From an uncultured Gemmatimonadales bacterium (GTDB lineage: Bacteria > Gemmatimonadota > Gemmatimonadetes > Gemmatimonadales > GWC2-71-9), in contig CAVYSW010000010.1 in the NCBI GenBank assembly GCA_963771275.1, positions 1 to 64,000 on the forward strand: a DNA stretch of 64,000 nt, read 5' to 3'. The translations under genes and the position numbers were made by a program. The notes beneath the pieces were generated by a model. It did not search any database. It saw only the letters and a list, made by a program, of their open reading frames with translations, and was not told the DNA's origin. Below are positions 48,301-57,790 of this stretch, piece by piece (positions within the stretch are counted from its first letter, which is position 1; each line of letters starts with the position of its first letter).

Positions 48301-48587
48301 AGGGCGTGCTGAACCGCGAGATCGTCGCGCGGCAGGAGCGCCTCTACCGGCGCCTGCTGGACGCCGGGCGGACGCTGCGCTCCTCCGACGAGGACGAGCA
48401 GAAGGAGCGGGTGAGCGAGACGGCGCGGCCGGGCGACGCGCTGGTGCCGGCGACGCCGGGCGTGCCCGCGGACCGCGGCCCGCGCTACCGCTATCCCACG
48501 TGGGAGGAGCTGCGGGATCTCTCTCCCGCCGATCGTCGGCTCGTGATGGACTACTTCAGGCGGCTCAATGCGGAGCACCGGCCGTAA
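45321..48587 (+). CDS. DUF4175-like membrane-anchored long coiled-coil protein
   Basis: N-terminal TMs, Ig-like region (PAY, D.AP.V, DD), Gln/Glu-rich coiled coils, RQERLYRRLLDAGR, DYFRRL. Confidence 0.85.
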   Translation: MSVRDWLERERRRVRRGATVATALVACGTGAAVLMLGIVLERAGLYRHAPEVVLGIWLAVGGVLVGATGLGLRRLRAASRAALAGDVERRAGLRRGVLAGLAEPVAQGSAELAGLADRQMGAWLEAHHAEAAAAIAAPRRRDLRQGVVVAAAGLLLFVASGPQRGVSALWHPLATMRRAHGPVTLAVDAETVRRGDVVRVSVRAAGRRTALLYQRAPGEPWRATTLALDSAGRATRPIGPLDADRYLYAESGGRASDTARVHVTFPAFVTDLDLLAVFPAYLERPDEPLAVGPDTLLLPVGTRITATGRASVPLERAAWVSGDRRVPLATVGDAFRGTLPVEGSGVWSLALAGAEGPVDGPGGGLVVRAIPDSAPAVAVPVPGVDTTAPTSLQQLLVLDLRDDHRVTRAAVVSRRVSRLGIAGRPRVDTVPLPAGGLERAILQWVLDLNGRGFLPGDTAFFRARVWDNAPRPQTAETREYALRLPSLADLREAARREVRSLAAATDSVVRAQQELGRATQDLARERERTSGAGRPGDAREQLGYQAAERAGEIGADQRAVIQRAEELRRRVAELSRTAEEAGLNDSAWLEQVAELRRLLEQAITPELAATLRRLEEAMQRLDPEGVRDALERLAAQQDQLRRELERSRTLFERAAIEGEMTTLADDAAELVQRQRDWTQAMTRAPDTALARPERQLAGETDSLAQRLAAVERAARAAGADSAGASSAARAADARTSMDAAAAAAAGGAQREAVREGEAAARQLDPVAQALKLQRDALREAWRRDVLAAMDRALVETAQLARQQEEIVQRLDRGEGDAGVRGAQAAARDGLDRVLARLQDAAGKHALVSPRLGAALGYAKGRMTGALEQLEQGTPNTRGAALAAGDALDGLNALAMQLVRGRSAIANAQSGSGLQEAIEQLAQLAQRQGTMAGQGGGLLPLMPGGGAALMAQLRQLAAEQRALAAQLERMRAQGQASGAGAYAEEANEIARSLEQGVLNREIVARQERLYRRLLDAGRTLRSSDEDEQKERVSETARPGDALVPATPGVPADRGPRYRYPTWEELRDLSPADRRLVMDYFRRLNAEHRP

Positions 48588-50310
48588 CCGCTGGGTCGGC
48601 GCGCTCGCGCTGCTGCTCGCCACGGGCACCGCCGCGGCGCAGCGGTCCGCCGCAGACCTCAACGCCGCGCTCGAGCTCCAGCGCCAGGGCCGCAACGAGG
48701 AAGCCGCGGCGGCGTTCGGCCGGGTCCTCGCGACGGACCGCGCCAACCTGACCGCGTTGTTCGGGATCGAGCGCGCCTTCCAAGCGCTTGGCCAGCTGAG
48801 CCGGCTGCTGCCGTACATCGACTCGTCGCTCGCGGCCGTGCCGGATCGGAGTCTCGTGTGGGGCATGCGGGTGCGCGCCCTGGGGGAGCTCGGCCGGTCG
48901 GACGACCTGGCGTCGACGGCCCGGGCGTGGATCGCCGCGCAGCCGGGCTCCGCCGATCCGTACCGCGAGTGGGCGTTCGCGCTCGCGCAGCAGGGCAACA
49001 CGGGCGAGGCGCGCGAGGTGCTCCACGAGGGCCAGCGCCGGCTTGGTGGATCCGCGCTGATGCAGGAGCTGGCGCAGATGGACGCCGTCGTGGGGCAATG
49101 GCCCGAGGCGGCCCAGCACTGGCGCGCCGCCGTGCAGGCCGACGCCGACCTGGCGTTTGCGGCGGGGCTGAGCCTGAGCCCGGTGCCCGCAGCCGACCGC
49201 AGTGCGGTGCTGCGCGTCCTGCTCGAGCCGCGCGACCCGCAGGCGCGACGCATCGCCGCCGACGTCCTAGTGGGGTGGGATCGGCCGGGGGAGGCCTGGA
49301 CCCTGCTCGACGCGAATCTGCCGGACGATCCCGCGGCGGCGGTGGGCGTACTGGGCCGGTTCATCGATCGCGTGCGCCTGGCGAACAGCGCCGAAGGGGC
49401 CCGGATACGCGGTTACGCCTGGGAGCGTCTCGCCGGGTTGCAGCAGGGCCCCGTCGCGCAGGCCTCGCGGGTCGAGGCGGCGCGGGCCTATGCCGATGCG
49501 GGCGACCGGGCCGGGGCCGAGCGGATGCTCGACCGGATGACGCAGGACCCGACCGCCGTGCCCGCCACGGCCCGGGGCGTGATGGTCACGCTGATTGGCG
49601 TGCTGGCGGACGCGGGCCGGGCGGCCGAGGCCGAGCGCCGACTGGCCGAGTGGGGCGACCGGCTGGCCGGCGACGACCGCGCCGCGCTCGGCGAGCGGAT
49701 CGCGTGGGCGTGGGTGCATGAGGGTCATCTCGACCGCGCCGAGCGCGCGCTCGGGTCGGACTCGGGGGTCACGACGGCGGCGCTGCGGGGTTGGCTCGCG
49801 CTGTTCCGCGGCGATCTCGAGGGGGCGGCCGCGCGGTTCCGCGACGCCGGGCCGTTCGCCGGCGCCCGCGGGGAGGCGACGCGGCGCACCACCGCGGTGG
49901 CGCTCGTCGAGCGCGTCGGGGTGCACCAGTCGACCGCGCTCGGCGCCGCGTTCCTCGCGCTCGAGCGGGAGGACACGGTGGCGGCGGTGGGCGCGTTCGA
50001 GCGGGCGGCGCGGGGCCTCCCGGCGTTGGGGGGGCGGGGCGACGTGCTGGCGTTCGCGGGCCAGTTGGCGGCCGACGCGCGCGACCGGCGTGCCGAAGCG
50101 CTGCTCGAGGCGGCGCTCGCGGCGGACAGCGCGGGCCCCGCGGCGCCCGCGGCCGAGTATGCGCTCGCCGAGCTGCTGGCCGGCTCGGGCAGGATCACCG
50201 CGGCCCTGGCGCGGCTGGAGCACGTCATCCTCGCGCAGCCGGGCAGCGCGGTGATTCCGCTGGCCCGACGGCTGCGCGACCGGCTCCGGGGGGCCGTGCC
50301 CAGCTCATGA
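48568..50310 (+). CDS. Exported TPR-like helical repeat protein
   Basis: Signal peptide; Ala-rich helical repeats; overlaps both neighbours. Confidence 0.8.
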   Translation: MRSTGRNRWVGALALLLATGTAAAQRSAADLNAALELQRQGRNEEAAAAFGRVLATDRANLTALFGIERAFQALGQLSRLLPYIDSSLAAVPDRSLVWGMRVRALGELGRSDDLASTARAWIAAQPGSADPYREWAFALAQQGNTGEAREVLHEGQRRLGGSALMQELAQMDAVVGQWPEAAQHWRAAVQADADLAFAAGLSLSPVPAADRSAVLRVLLEPRDPQARRIAADVLVGWDRPGEAWTLLDANLPDDPAAAVGVLGRFIDRVRLANSAEGARIRGYAWERLAGLQQGPVAQASRVEAARAYADAGDRAGAERMLDRMTQDPTAVPATARGVMVTLIGVLADAGRAAEAERRLAEWGDRLAGDDRAALGERIAWAWVHEGHLDRAERALGSDSGVTTAALRGWLALFRGDLEGAAARFRDAGPFAGARGEATRRTTAVALVERVGVHQSTALGAAFLALEREDTVAAVGAFERAARGLPALGGRGDVLAFAGQLAADARDRRAEALLEAALAADSAGPAAPAAEYALAELLAGSGRITAALARLEHVILAQPGSAVIPLARRLRDRLRGAVPSS

Positions 50311-51632
50311 GACGGCGCGATTTTCTCGGGGTGGTCGCCGGGGCGGTGGCCGGCGGAACGGCGGTACGGCAGTATGGCGGTACGAGCGGCCGCGAACCGG
50401 CGATCGGTCCGCCGGTCCGCCGGTCCGCCGGTCCGTCCTGCTTGATCCCGATGGACGACGCCCAGACCGACCATCTCAAAGCGTACGGCGTCGCGTTCCG
50501 CACGATCAAGCGCGGCGGCAACGCCGAGTGGCTGCTCAACTACCGGGGCGGGAGCTTCCTGCTCCCGGCGGACCCGGCCACGGAGCGCGACGCGGCGCTC
50601 GGCGGGGTGCGCGTAGAAACGGTGCAGGGTGCGGACGTCGTGGATATTCGCGGCGTCATCGCCGGCGCCAATATGGACGCCGTGCCGCTCGAGAAAGCCC
50701 CTCAGGTGGCGGTCTACGTGCCGCCCAACGCCGCGCCGTGGGATGACGCGGTGACCATGGTGCTCGAGTATGCCGGGATCGAGTACGCCAAGGTGTGGGA
50801 TCCCGACGTCCTCCAGGGCGGGCTGGCGCGCTACGACTGGCTGCACCTGCACCACGAGGACTTCACCGGGCAGTACTCGAAGTTCTACCTCACGTTCACC
50901 GGGGCGTCGTGGCTCGCGGACATGGTGCGGCGCAATCAGGACATGGCGCGCGCCCTCGGCTTCACGAGCGTGCCGGCGCTCAAGCGGGCGGTGGCGGGGG
51001 GCATCCGCGCCTACGTCGAGCAGGGCGGCTTCCTGTTCGCGATGTGTTCGGCGACGGAGACCCTCGAGCTGGCGCTCGCCGCGGAGGGTGTGGACATCGC
51101 GGCGCCGTTCGCCGACGGCACGCCGATCGACCCGGCGGCGAGCGACAAGCTCCAGTGGGACCGCACGCTCGCGTTCCAGGGCGCGCGGCTCGAGATGTCA
51201 CCGGCGATCGCGTCGTTCTCCGACATCGACGGCCACCAGGTCAACAACCCGGGCCGGCGCCAGCCGCTCGGCGCCTACAAGCTGTTCGCCTTTTCCGCCA
51301 AGATCGATCCGGTGCCCACCATGCTGGTCCAGTGCCACCGCGACGTGCTGGCGGATTTCTACGGGCTCACCACGTCGTTCATGCGCGAGCGGCTGAAGCC
51401 GGCGGTCACGGTCCTGGCCGACGAGGCGGGGGCGCCGTGGGTCAAGTACGTCCACGGCGATGCGGGCAAGGGGACCTGGACCTATTTCGGGGGGCACGAC
51501 CCCGAGGATCCCCAGCACCAGATCGGCGACCCGCCCACCGACCTGTCGCTCCACCCCAACTCGCCGGGCTACCGCCTGATCCTCAACAACGTGCTGTTCC
51601 CGGCGGCGCGGAAACGCGAGCTCAAGACATGA
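50307..51632 (+). CDS. Conserved exported protein of unknown function (family often labelled asparagine synthetase B); twin-arginine signal
   Basis: MRRRDFLG; LIPMD..Q.DHLKAYG, WLLNYRGGSF, PWDDAV, DWLHLHHEDFTGQY, GGHDPED, PNSPGYRLILNN. Confidence 0.85.
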   Translation: MRRRDFLGVVAGAVAGGTAVRQYGGTSGREPAIGPPVRRSAGPSCLIPMDDAQTDHLKAYGVAFRTIKRGGNAEWLLNYRGGSFLLPADPATERDAALGGVRVETVQGADVVDIRGVIAGANMDAVPLEKAPQVAVYVPPNAAPWDDAVTMVLEYAGIEYAKVWDPDVLQGGLARYDWLHLHHEDFTGQYSKFYLTFTGASWLADMVRRNQDMARALGFTSVPALKRAVAGGIRAYVEQGGFLFAMCSATETLELALAAEGVDIAAPFADGTPIDPAASDKLQWDRTLAFQGARLEMSPAIASFSDIDGHQVNNPGRRQPLGAYKLFAFSAKIDPVPTMLVQCHRDVLADFYGLTTSFMRERLKPAVTVLADEAGAPWVKYVHGDAGKGTWTYFGGHDPEDPQHQIGDPPTDLSLHPNSPGYRLILNNVLFPAARKRELKT

Positions 51633-54142
51633 GCCGGATCACGCCGGGCGCGCGCGCGCGCGTCGCGGCCGAAATCGCGGCGGCCGGCGGCCGCGAGGTC
51701 ACGTTCGTGGCGGATCTCGACGAGCGCGGCCAGATCGCCGCGGTCGAGGCCGTGGCGCGCGGCACGGTGGACATGGTGCTGGCGCTGCCCGGCGTCGCGA
51801 GCCGCGGGCAGATGCTGCTGCACAACCATCCGAGTGGCGTGCTCGAGCCGTCGCAGGCGGATCTCCACGTGGCGGCCCGGCTGCACGACGCCGGGGTGGG
51901 GTTCGGCATCGTGGACAACACGGGTCACGAGCTGTACGTCGTGGTCGAAGTGCCGCGCGCCCGGCCGCGCGTCGCGATCGACCCGATCGCGGTGGCGGCG
52001 CTGCTCAAGCCCGGGGGGCCGGTCGCCGCGCGGCTCGGCCAGTTCGAGGACCGGCCGTGCCAGCGCGACATGGCGGCGTACGTCGCCGATGTCTACAACG
52101 AGGGCGGGGTGGCCCTGCTCGAGTCGGGGACGGGTGTCGGCAAGTCGTTCGCCTACCTCGTGCCCGCGATCCAATGGGCGCTGGAGAACGGCGAGCGCAC
52201 GATCGTCTCGACCAACACGATCAACCTGCAGGAGCAGCTCGTCGGCAAGGACCTGCCGCAGCTGGCGCGCGCGTTCGAGAGCCTGGGTGAGCGGCCGACG
52301 TTCGCGCTGCTCAAGGGATGGCGCAATTACCTCTGCCGCGCGCGCCTCGAGCTGGCGCTGGGCGGGCAGCTCGCGCTGCTCGAGGACGCGGCGCGGAGCG
52401 AGCTCGCGCGGCTCGCGGCGTGGGCGGAACGCACCACCGACGGCTCGCTGTCGGACCTCGCCGACGCCCCGCCCGGCGAGGTGTGGGACGAGGTGAGTGC
52501 CGAGCCGGATCTCTGCCCGCGCCTCAAGTGCCCGCACTTCGAGCGCTGCTTCCTGTTCGAGGCGCGCCGCCGCGCGGCGGACGCCGATATCGTCGTGGTG
52601 AACCACCACCTGCTCGCGTCCGACCTCGCGGTGCGGCGGGCGCAGGAGAACTGGCAGGACGCGGCGGTGCTGCCGCCCTACCGGCGGCTGATCCTCGACG
52701 AGGGCCACCATCTCGAGGACACCGCGGCGCAGCACCTCGGCGCGCAGGTCACGTCGCTCGGCGTGATCCGCCTGCTCGGCCGGCTCGAGCGCAACGGCCG
52801 CGGGCTGCTCCCCACGCTGCTGGCCGAGCTGGCGACGCGCGACGACCTGCTGAGCGCGGCGTCGCTCGATCTCGTGCGCACCGGCCTGCTACCCGACGTC
52901 GCGGAGGCGCGCAAGCGGGTGGGCGCGGTGTTCGGGCTGCTGGCCGACCGGCTGGTCGAGACCCAGCAGGCGGAGCTCCGGCTCACCGACGAGTTCGCGG
53001 CCGACCCGATCTGGCAGGCGGGGCTGGGGGACGCGCTCGACGCTCTCGTGCGCGGCATCGACCGGCTGCGCAACGGCGTCGAGACGGTCGCGGACCGGCT
53101 GGAGCTCACCGAGGACAGCGATCGGCGCTCGCAGCTCGTCCAGGAACTGCGCGGCGTGGTGCGCCGGCTGCAGACGGTGAGCGATGGGCTGCTGCTCACG
53201 CTGCGTCCGCAGCCCGGGATGCCGATCGTCCGGTGGATGGCGCGGCGGGGCTCGCGCCCGGCGGGTGAGCTGCCGTTTCCCCTGGCGCTCCACGCGGTCC
53301 CGCTGGACTTGGCGCCAATACTCAAGGAAACGCTGTTCGACCGGATCGAGACGGTGGTCGCGACCAGCGCCACGCTGGCTGCCGGCGGCGATTTCGCGTT
53401 CTATCGCGACCGCGTCGGCCTCGCGCTGCCGCCCAACCGCGTGCGGTTCGAGCAGATCCTGCCGTCGCCGTTCGACTTCCGGTCGCAGTGCCTGTTCGGC
53501 GTGCCGACCGACCTGGCCGACCCGCGGGGCGACCAGACCGGGCACGACCGCGCGATGGCGACCGCGATCCTCGAGCTGGCGCAGGCGTCGGACGGGGGGA
53601 TGTTCGTGCTGTTCACCAGCCATGCGGCGCTCAAGCGCACCGCCGACGCGGTGCGGGGGGCCATCGGCGGCCGCTGGCCGTTGCTGGTGCAAGGCGAGGG
53701 GCCGCGCGACCAGCTGCTGCGGCGGTTCCGGGAGGCGGGCTCGGCGATTCTGTTCGGCACGGATAGCTTTTGGGAGGGGGTGGACGTCCCTGGGCGGTCG
53801 CTGCGCGTGCTGGTGCTGGCGAAGCTGCCGTTCAAGGTCCCCACGGAGCCGCTCACGGCGGCGCGCCTCGAGCGGCTGGAAGCGCAGGGGCAGGACGGCT
53901 TCATGCACTACCTGGTGCCGCACGCGGCCCTCAAGCTCAAGCAGGGGTTCGGCCGCCTGATCCGCGGGACCACTGACGTGGGCGTCGTGGTGCTGATGGA
54001 TCACCGGGTGGTCACCAAGCGGTACGGCGCCATTCTGCTGGAATCCCTGCCGCCGGCGGAGCGGGTGATCGGCCCGTGGGCAGTGGTGCGACGGACGGCG
54101 GAGGACTTTTTCGCACGACACGGCATCGGAGCGACGGTATGA
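51629..54142 (+). CDS. DinG/YoaA family Fe-S helicase with N-terminal JAB/MPN (RadC-like) domain
   Basis: REV...HNHPSG.LEPS.AD; ESGTGVGKS; four Cys; DEGHH; FWEGVDVPG; KLPF; QGFGRLIR. Confidence 0.92.
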   Translation: MSRITPGARARVAAEIAAAGGREVTFVADLDERGQIAAVEAVARGTVDMVLALPGVASRGQMLLHNHPSGVLEPSQADLHVAARLHDAGVGFGIVDNTGHELYVVVEVPRARPRVAIDPIAVAALLKPGGPVAARLGQFEDRPCQRDMAAYVADVYNEGGVALLESGTGVGKSFAYLVPAIQWALENGERTIVSTNTINLQEQLVGKDLPQLARAFESLGERPTFALLKGWRNYLCRARLELALGGQLALLEDAARSELARLAAWAERTTDGSLSDLADAPPGEVWDEVSAEPDLCPRLKCPHFERCFLFEARRRAADADIVVVNHHLLASDLAVRRAQENWQDAAVLPPYRRLILDEGHHLEDTAAQHLGAQVTSLGVIRLLGRLERNGRGLLPTLLAELATRDDLLSAASLDLVRTGLLPDVAEARKRVGAVFGLLADRLVETQQAELRLTDEFAADPIWQAGLGDALDALVRGIDRLRNGVETVADRLELTEDSDRRSQLVQELRGVVRRLQTVSDGLLLTLRPQPGMPIVRWMARRGSRPAGELPFPLALHAVPLDLAPILKETLFDRIETVVATSATLAAGGDFAFYRDRVGLALPPNRVRFEQILPSPFDFRSQCLFGVPTDLADPRGDQTGHDRAMATAILELAQASDGGMFVLFTSHAALKRTADAVRGAIGGRWPLLVQGEGPRDQLLRRFREAGSAILFGTDSFWEGVDVPGRSLRVLVLAKLPFKVPTEPLTAARLERLEAQGQDGFMHYLVPHAALKLKQGFGRLIRGTTDVGVVVLMDHRVVTKRYGAILLESLPPAERVIGPWAVVRRTAEDFFARHGIGATV

Positions 54143-55320
54143 AGCTGGCGAGCGGGCGTGTGGGGCGACTGCCGGCGTACGCCGTGCAGCGGATCGCGAC
54201 GATCAAGCGGCGGTTGCTGGCGGAGGGCCGCGACGTGATCGACCTCGGGGCGGGCGACGCCGACCTCGCGCCGCCCGAGATCGCCGTCCGGACCATGGCG
54301 GAGGCGCTGCAGGACCCGAAGATGAGCCGCTACGCGTTCCAGACCGGGCTGCCCGAGTTCCGCGAGGCGGTGGCGCGCTACATGGACCGGCGGTTCGACG
54401 TGCAGATCGATCCCGATACGGAGCTGCTCCCGCTGCTCGGCTCGAAGGACGGTCTGTCGCACCTGCCGCTGGCGCTGCTCGACCCGGGCGACCTGTGCCT
54501 CGTGCCGGAGCCCGGCTACGCGCCGTACCTCGGCGGCGCGATCCTGGCGGGGGCCGAAATCGAAACCTACCGGCTCCGGGCGGAGCGCGGGTTCCTGGTG
54601 GACTTGGACGAGCTCCATCCCAACCTGCTGGACCGGCTGCAGCTCGTGTTCCTCAACTATCCCAACAACCCGACGACCGGGGTGGCGACGCGCGACTACC
54701 TCGTGCGGACGGTGCAGCTGTGCGCGCGGCACGGGATCGTGCTCGCCTACGACAACCCGTACTGCGAGCTGGTGTTCGAGGGCTATCATGCCCCGAGCAT
54801 CTTCGAGATCCCGGGCGCCCGCGAGGTGGCGATCGAGTTCCTGTCGATGTCGAAGTCGTTCAGCATGACGGGCTGGCGGATCGGGTGGGCCCTGGGGCGC
54901 CCGGAGCTGATCACGGCGCTGCAGAGCGTCAAGACCTACACCGACACCGGGCCGTTTCTCGCCGTGCAGCGGGCGGCGGCGGCGGTGCTCGACCAGGCGG
55001 ACCGCATCCTGCCGCGGGTGTGCGAGACCTTCCGCCGCCGGCGCGACGCCGCGGTCGAGGCGCTCGGGGCGGTGGGACTCGAGGTCACGCGCCCCCGGGC
55101 GACGATGTACCTGTGGGTGCCGCTCCCCGCGGGGCTCGACTCGTTCGGCTTCGCGGAGCGGCTGCTCGAGGAGCAGGCGGTGGTGGTGCTGCCGGGCGCG
55201 TCGTTCGGCCCCGGGGGGGAGGGGTACTTCCGGGTGGCGCTCACGGTGAGTGAGGCGCGCTTCGCGGAGGCGGCGCTGCGCATCGGGCGCGCCCTCGAGC
55301 CGGCGCGGCAGGCCGGGTGA
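54139..55320 (+). CDS. Class I/II PLP aminotransferase, LL-diaminopimelate aminotransferase-like
   Basis: IDLGAGDAD, LLGSKDGL, LNYPNNPT, DNPY, SMSKSFSMTGWRIG, GEGYFRVAL. Confidence 0.88.
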   Translation: MKLASGRVGRLPAYAVQRIATIKRRLLAEGRDVIDLGAGDADLAPPEIAVRTMAEALQDPKMSRYAFQTGLPEFREAVARYMDRRFDVQIDPDTELLPLLGSKDGLSHLPLALLDPGDLCLVPEPGYAPYLGGAILAGAEIETYRLRAERGFLVDLDELHPNLLDRLQLVFLNYPNNPTTGVATRDYLVRTVQLCARHGIVLAYDNPYCELVFEGYHAPSIFEIPGAREVAIEFLSMSKSFSMTGWRIGWALGRPELITALQSVKTYTDTGPFLAVQRAAAAVLDQADRILPRVCETFRRRRDAAVEALGAVGLEVTRPRATMYLWVPLPAGLDSFGFAERLLEEQAVVVLPGASFGPGGEGYFRVALTVSEARFAEAALRIGRALEPARQAG

Positions 55321-56219
55321 TGCGCGACTGGCTGCCGCCCAAGCAGCCGCGGGCGAGCCCGTGGTGGATCGCCGTCAGCCTCGTGGCGCACGCCGGGCTG
55401 GTCGCGCTGCTGCTGGTGACGACGCACCGCGCGTTTCCCACGGGGCCGACCTACATCGTCCTGGCGCCGCCGAGCGCAGGCGCGGCGATCGAGCTGCCGC
55501 CGGTCGGGCCGATTCGGCCGCTCGGCCCGCCGGGACAAGCGCGCGGCGGGCGCGCGGCCCGACCGCGGCGGCCCCCCGGGCCGCCGGTTCAAGCGCCGAC
55601 CGAGGTCCCGTCAGTCCTCCCGCCCGCCCGCCCGAGCGAGGCCGGGGGCGGTGCAGCGGCGGCGCGGGACACGATGGCCGGAACGGGGCAGCCGGAGGCG
55701 GGGCCGGGGCGGCGGATCCTCGGCGCCCGGTTCGGCGACGGGCGGCTGTGGGTGCGGCCCTGGGACGCGATCGCCGCGGCGATTGCCGCGGCCGGGCGCG
55801 ACACCGTCACGCCGGCGATGCACGCCGCACTGATCGACAGCGCGATCGTCGCCCGGCTGCACGCGTTCCTGGACACGCTGCCGCCGGATTCGTTCGCCGT
55901 GGCCGCGCCGCAGCCCTGGACCACCGAGATCAACGGCCAGAAGTGGGGCATCGACGGCGGGTGGATCTACCTGGGCGGGATTAAGCTGCCCACCGCGATC
56001 CTCGCGCTGCTGCCGCTGCCGCAGGGCAACTACGACCGCGCCAAGCACGAAGCCGAGCTGATGCAGATCCGCGAGGACATCCTGCAGGCCGCGCGCCGTG
56101 CCGAGAGCGCCGCCGAGTTCCGGAAATACGTGGACGAGACGCGCAGGCGCCGCGACGCCGAGCGCGAGGCCAAGCGGAACCAGAAGATCCCGCCGGACTC
56201 GATCAAGACGAAGACGTGA
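55320..56219 (+). CDS. Hypothetical membrane-anchored protein with Pro-rich linker (TonB-like N-terminus)
   Basis: SLVAHAGL anchor, Pro-rich region, KWGID...IYLG.IKLP. Confidence 0.75.
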   Translation: MRDWLPPKQPRASPWWIAVSLVAHAGLVALLLVTTHRAFPTGPTYIVLAPPSAGAAIELPPVGPIRPLGPPGQARGGRAARPRRPPGPPVQAPTEVPSVLPPARPSEAGGGAAAARDTMAGTGQPEAGPGRRILGARFGDGRLWVRPWDAIAAAIAAAGRDTVTPAMHAALIDSAIVARLHAFLDTLPPDSFAVAAPQPWTTEINGQKWGIDGGWIYLGGIKLPTAILALLPLPQGNYDRAKHEAELMQIREDILQAARRAESAAEFRKYVDETRRRRDAEREAKRNQKIPPDSIKTKT

Positions 56220-57630
56220 CCGGCGTCGTCTCCTTGGGCCGCACGAAGCGGTTGTAGAGGATCAGCAGGGCCGTCGTCAACACGCCGGCTCCCGTCAGGA
56301 CGTACCACATCAGCGCTGGCTGGCCCCGCACCTCGCCGAAATAGTGCAGCAGCCACCCGGCCGACCGGCCTCCGATCAGGTAGCCGATGCCGATCGGGAG
56401 GAACGCGTACCCCATGTACAACCCCTGCTGGCCCTGCGGGGCGAGCCGCGAGATGTACTCGTAGTAGCGCGGCGCCTGCACCACCTCGCCGATCGCGAGC
56501 ACGATCAGGGCCGCCACCACGTACGGCGTGGCGCTCCCCAGGGTGAGGAACAGCCAGCTCAGGCTCGAGATCAGGACGCCGGCGATGATCGCGATGAACG
56601 GTGGGATGCGGCGCGTCAGCTGGTTCACGACGACGGTCAGCAGGATCACCGTCGTCGCCTCGACCGACAGCAGCGCGTCGATGTTGGCGTTCGGGTTGAC
56701 GTACGTGCGGACGTAGATCGGGAGCGACAGGTACTGCTGCCAGAACACCACCCAGAAGCCGGAGAAGATGATCAGGAACAGGAAAAACGGGTTCTTGAGC
56801 AACGTGCGCAGGAACAGCATGGCCAGTACGATCGCGTAGGCGGCGAGGGCCCAGGTCGGCAGGGCCGGAACGGGCGCGAAGTGGTACAGCAGCCACAGAC
56901 CTACCGCCACGGCCAGCAGGACAAGGAAGCCCTTGCCCGCGACGCGCGCCAGATTCCGGACCGCCTGCGCGATGGTCGCGACCTGCGCTGCGGCACTGCC
57001 GTCCCGCGCCGGCTCGCGGTAGAACAGCAGGGTGACGATCGCCATGGCGAACGTCGCCGCGGCGCTCACCAGGAACACGTCCTCCACGCCCACCGTGCGG
57101 CGCACCAGCGACGCCACCAGCGGCCCAATGGCGGCGCCGATGTTGACCACGGTGTAGTAGATGGAATAGCCGATCGACCGCACGCTCTCGTCGGCGGCGC
57201 GCGCCGTGGTCCCCACCACCACCGGCTTCACCACCGCCGGCCCCATGGCGGGGATCAGCATCAGGATGTGCATCAGCGCGAACAGCGGCAGGGCGTCGCG
57301 GATCGGCGCCATCCACGACGCCGACAGCGAGCCGAGCAGGAAGTTGCCGATCGCCAGGATGAAGAACGCGCCGGCCAGGGTGCGCCGGAACCCGAACCGG
57401 TCCGCCAGCGCGCCGCCCACGATCGGCATGAACCAGACGACGAAGCCGTAGTAGCCGATCAGCCACGTGGCCTGCTCGGTCGTGAGGCCGAGGTGCTCGT
57501 GGAGGTAGATCGCGAGCACGGCCTGGGGGCCGTAGTAGGCGAGCCGCTCGAACAGCTCAGTGAAGTTGGCGACCCAGAACGACGGCCGGAATCCGTGGCC
57601 GATCTCCTTCAGGCGCTGTGCGACGCTCAC
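56203..57630 (-). CDS. MFS transporter, POT/peptide-transporter-like
   Basis: ELFERLAYYG, GGALADRFGFRR, YSIYYTVVNIG, IGEV. Confidence 0.92.
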   Translation of the reverse strand: MSVAQRLKEIGHGFRPSFWVANFTELFERLAYYGPQAVLAIYLHEHLGLTTEQATWLIGYYGFVVWFMPIVGGALADRFGFRRTLAGAFFILAIGNFLLGSLSASWMAPIRDALPLFALMHILMLIPAMGPAVVKPVVVGTTARAADESVRSIGYSIYYTVVNIGAAIGPLVASLVRRTVGVEDVFLVSAAATFAMAIVTLLFYREPARDGSAAAQVATIAQAVRNLARVAGKGFLVLLAVAVGLWLLYHFAPVPALPTWALAAYAIVLAMLFLRTLLKNPFFLFLIIFSGFWVVFWQQYLSLPIYVRTYVNPNANIDALLSVEATTVILLTVVVNQLTRRIPPFIAIIAGVLISSLSWLFLTLGSATPYVVAALIVLAIGEVVQAPRYYEYISRLAPQGQQGLYMGYAFLPIGIGYLIGGRSAGWLLHYFGEVRGQPALMWYVLTGAGVLTTALLILYNRFVRPKETTPVTSSS

Positions 57631-57706
57631 GCGTCCTCCACGGGGGGATGGGTTGCGCTGGAACGCACTAGGATAGTCCGCGGGCGCGAGGGGCGCTATG
57701 GGCGAG

Positions 57707-57790
57707 CGTCGTTCGCCGTTCGCCGTTCGCCGTTTGCCGTGAGCCGTGACCGGAACGCGGCACGTCGGCCATCGGCTATCGGCTATCGCC
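57707..57790. repeat. Heptamer tandem repeats
   Basis: (CGTTCGC)-like x5-6 followed by (TCGGCTA)-like x3-4. Confidence 0.75.

Noticed and set aside
45783..49364. Very long antisense ORF (1193 aa) and similar shadow ORFs throughout
   Set aside because: Expected in high-GC DNA opposite real genes; Arg/Pro/Ala-rich and without motifs.
51629..54142. Type IV CRISPR-associated DinG or CBASS-type JAB defence gene
   Set aside because: No cas, cyclase or E1/E2 genes nearby; the gene is embedded in a housekeeping operon.
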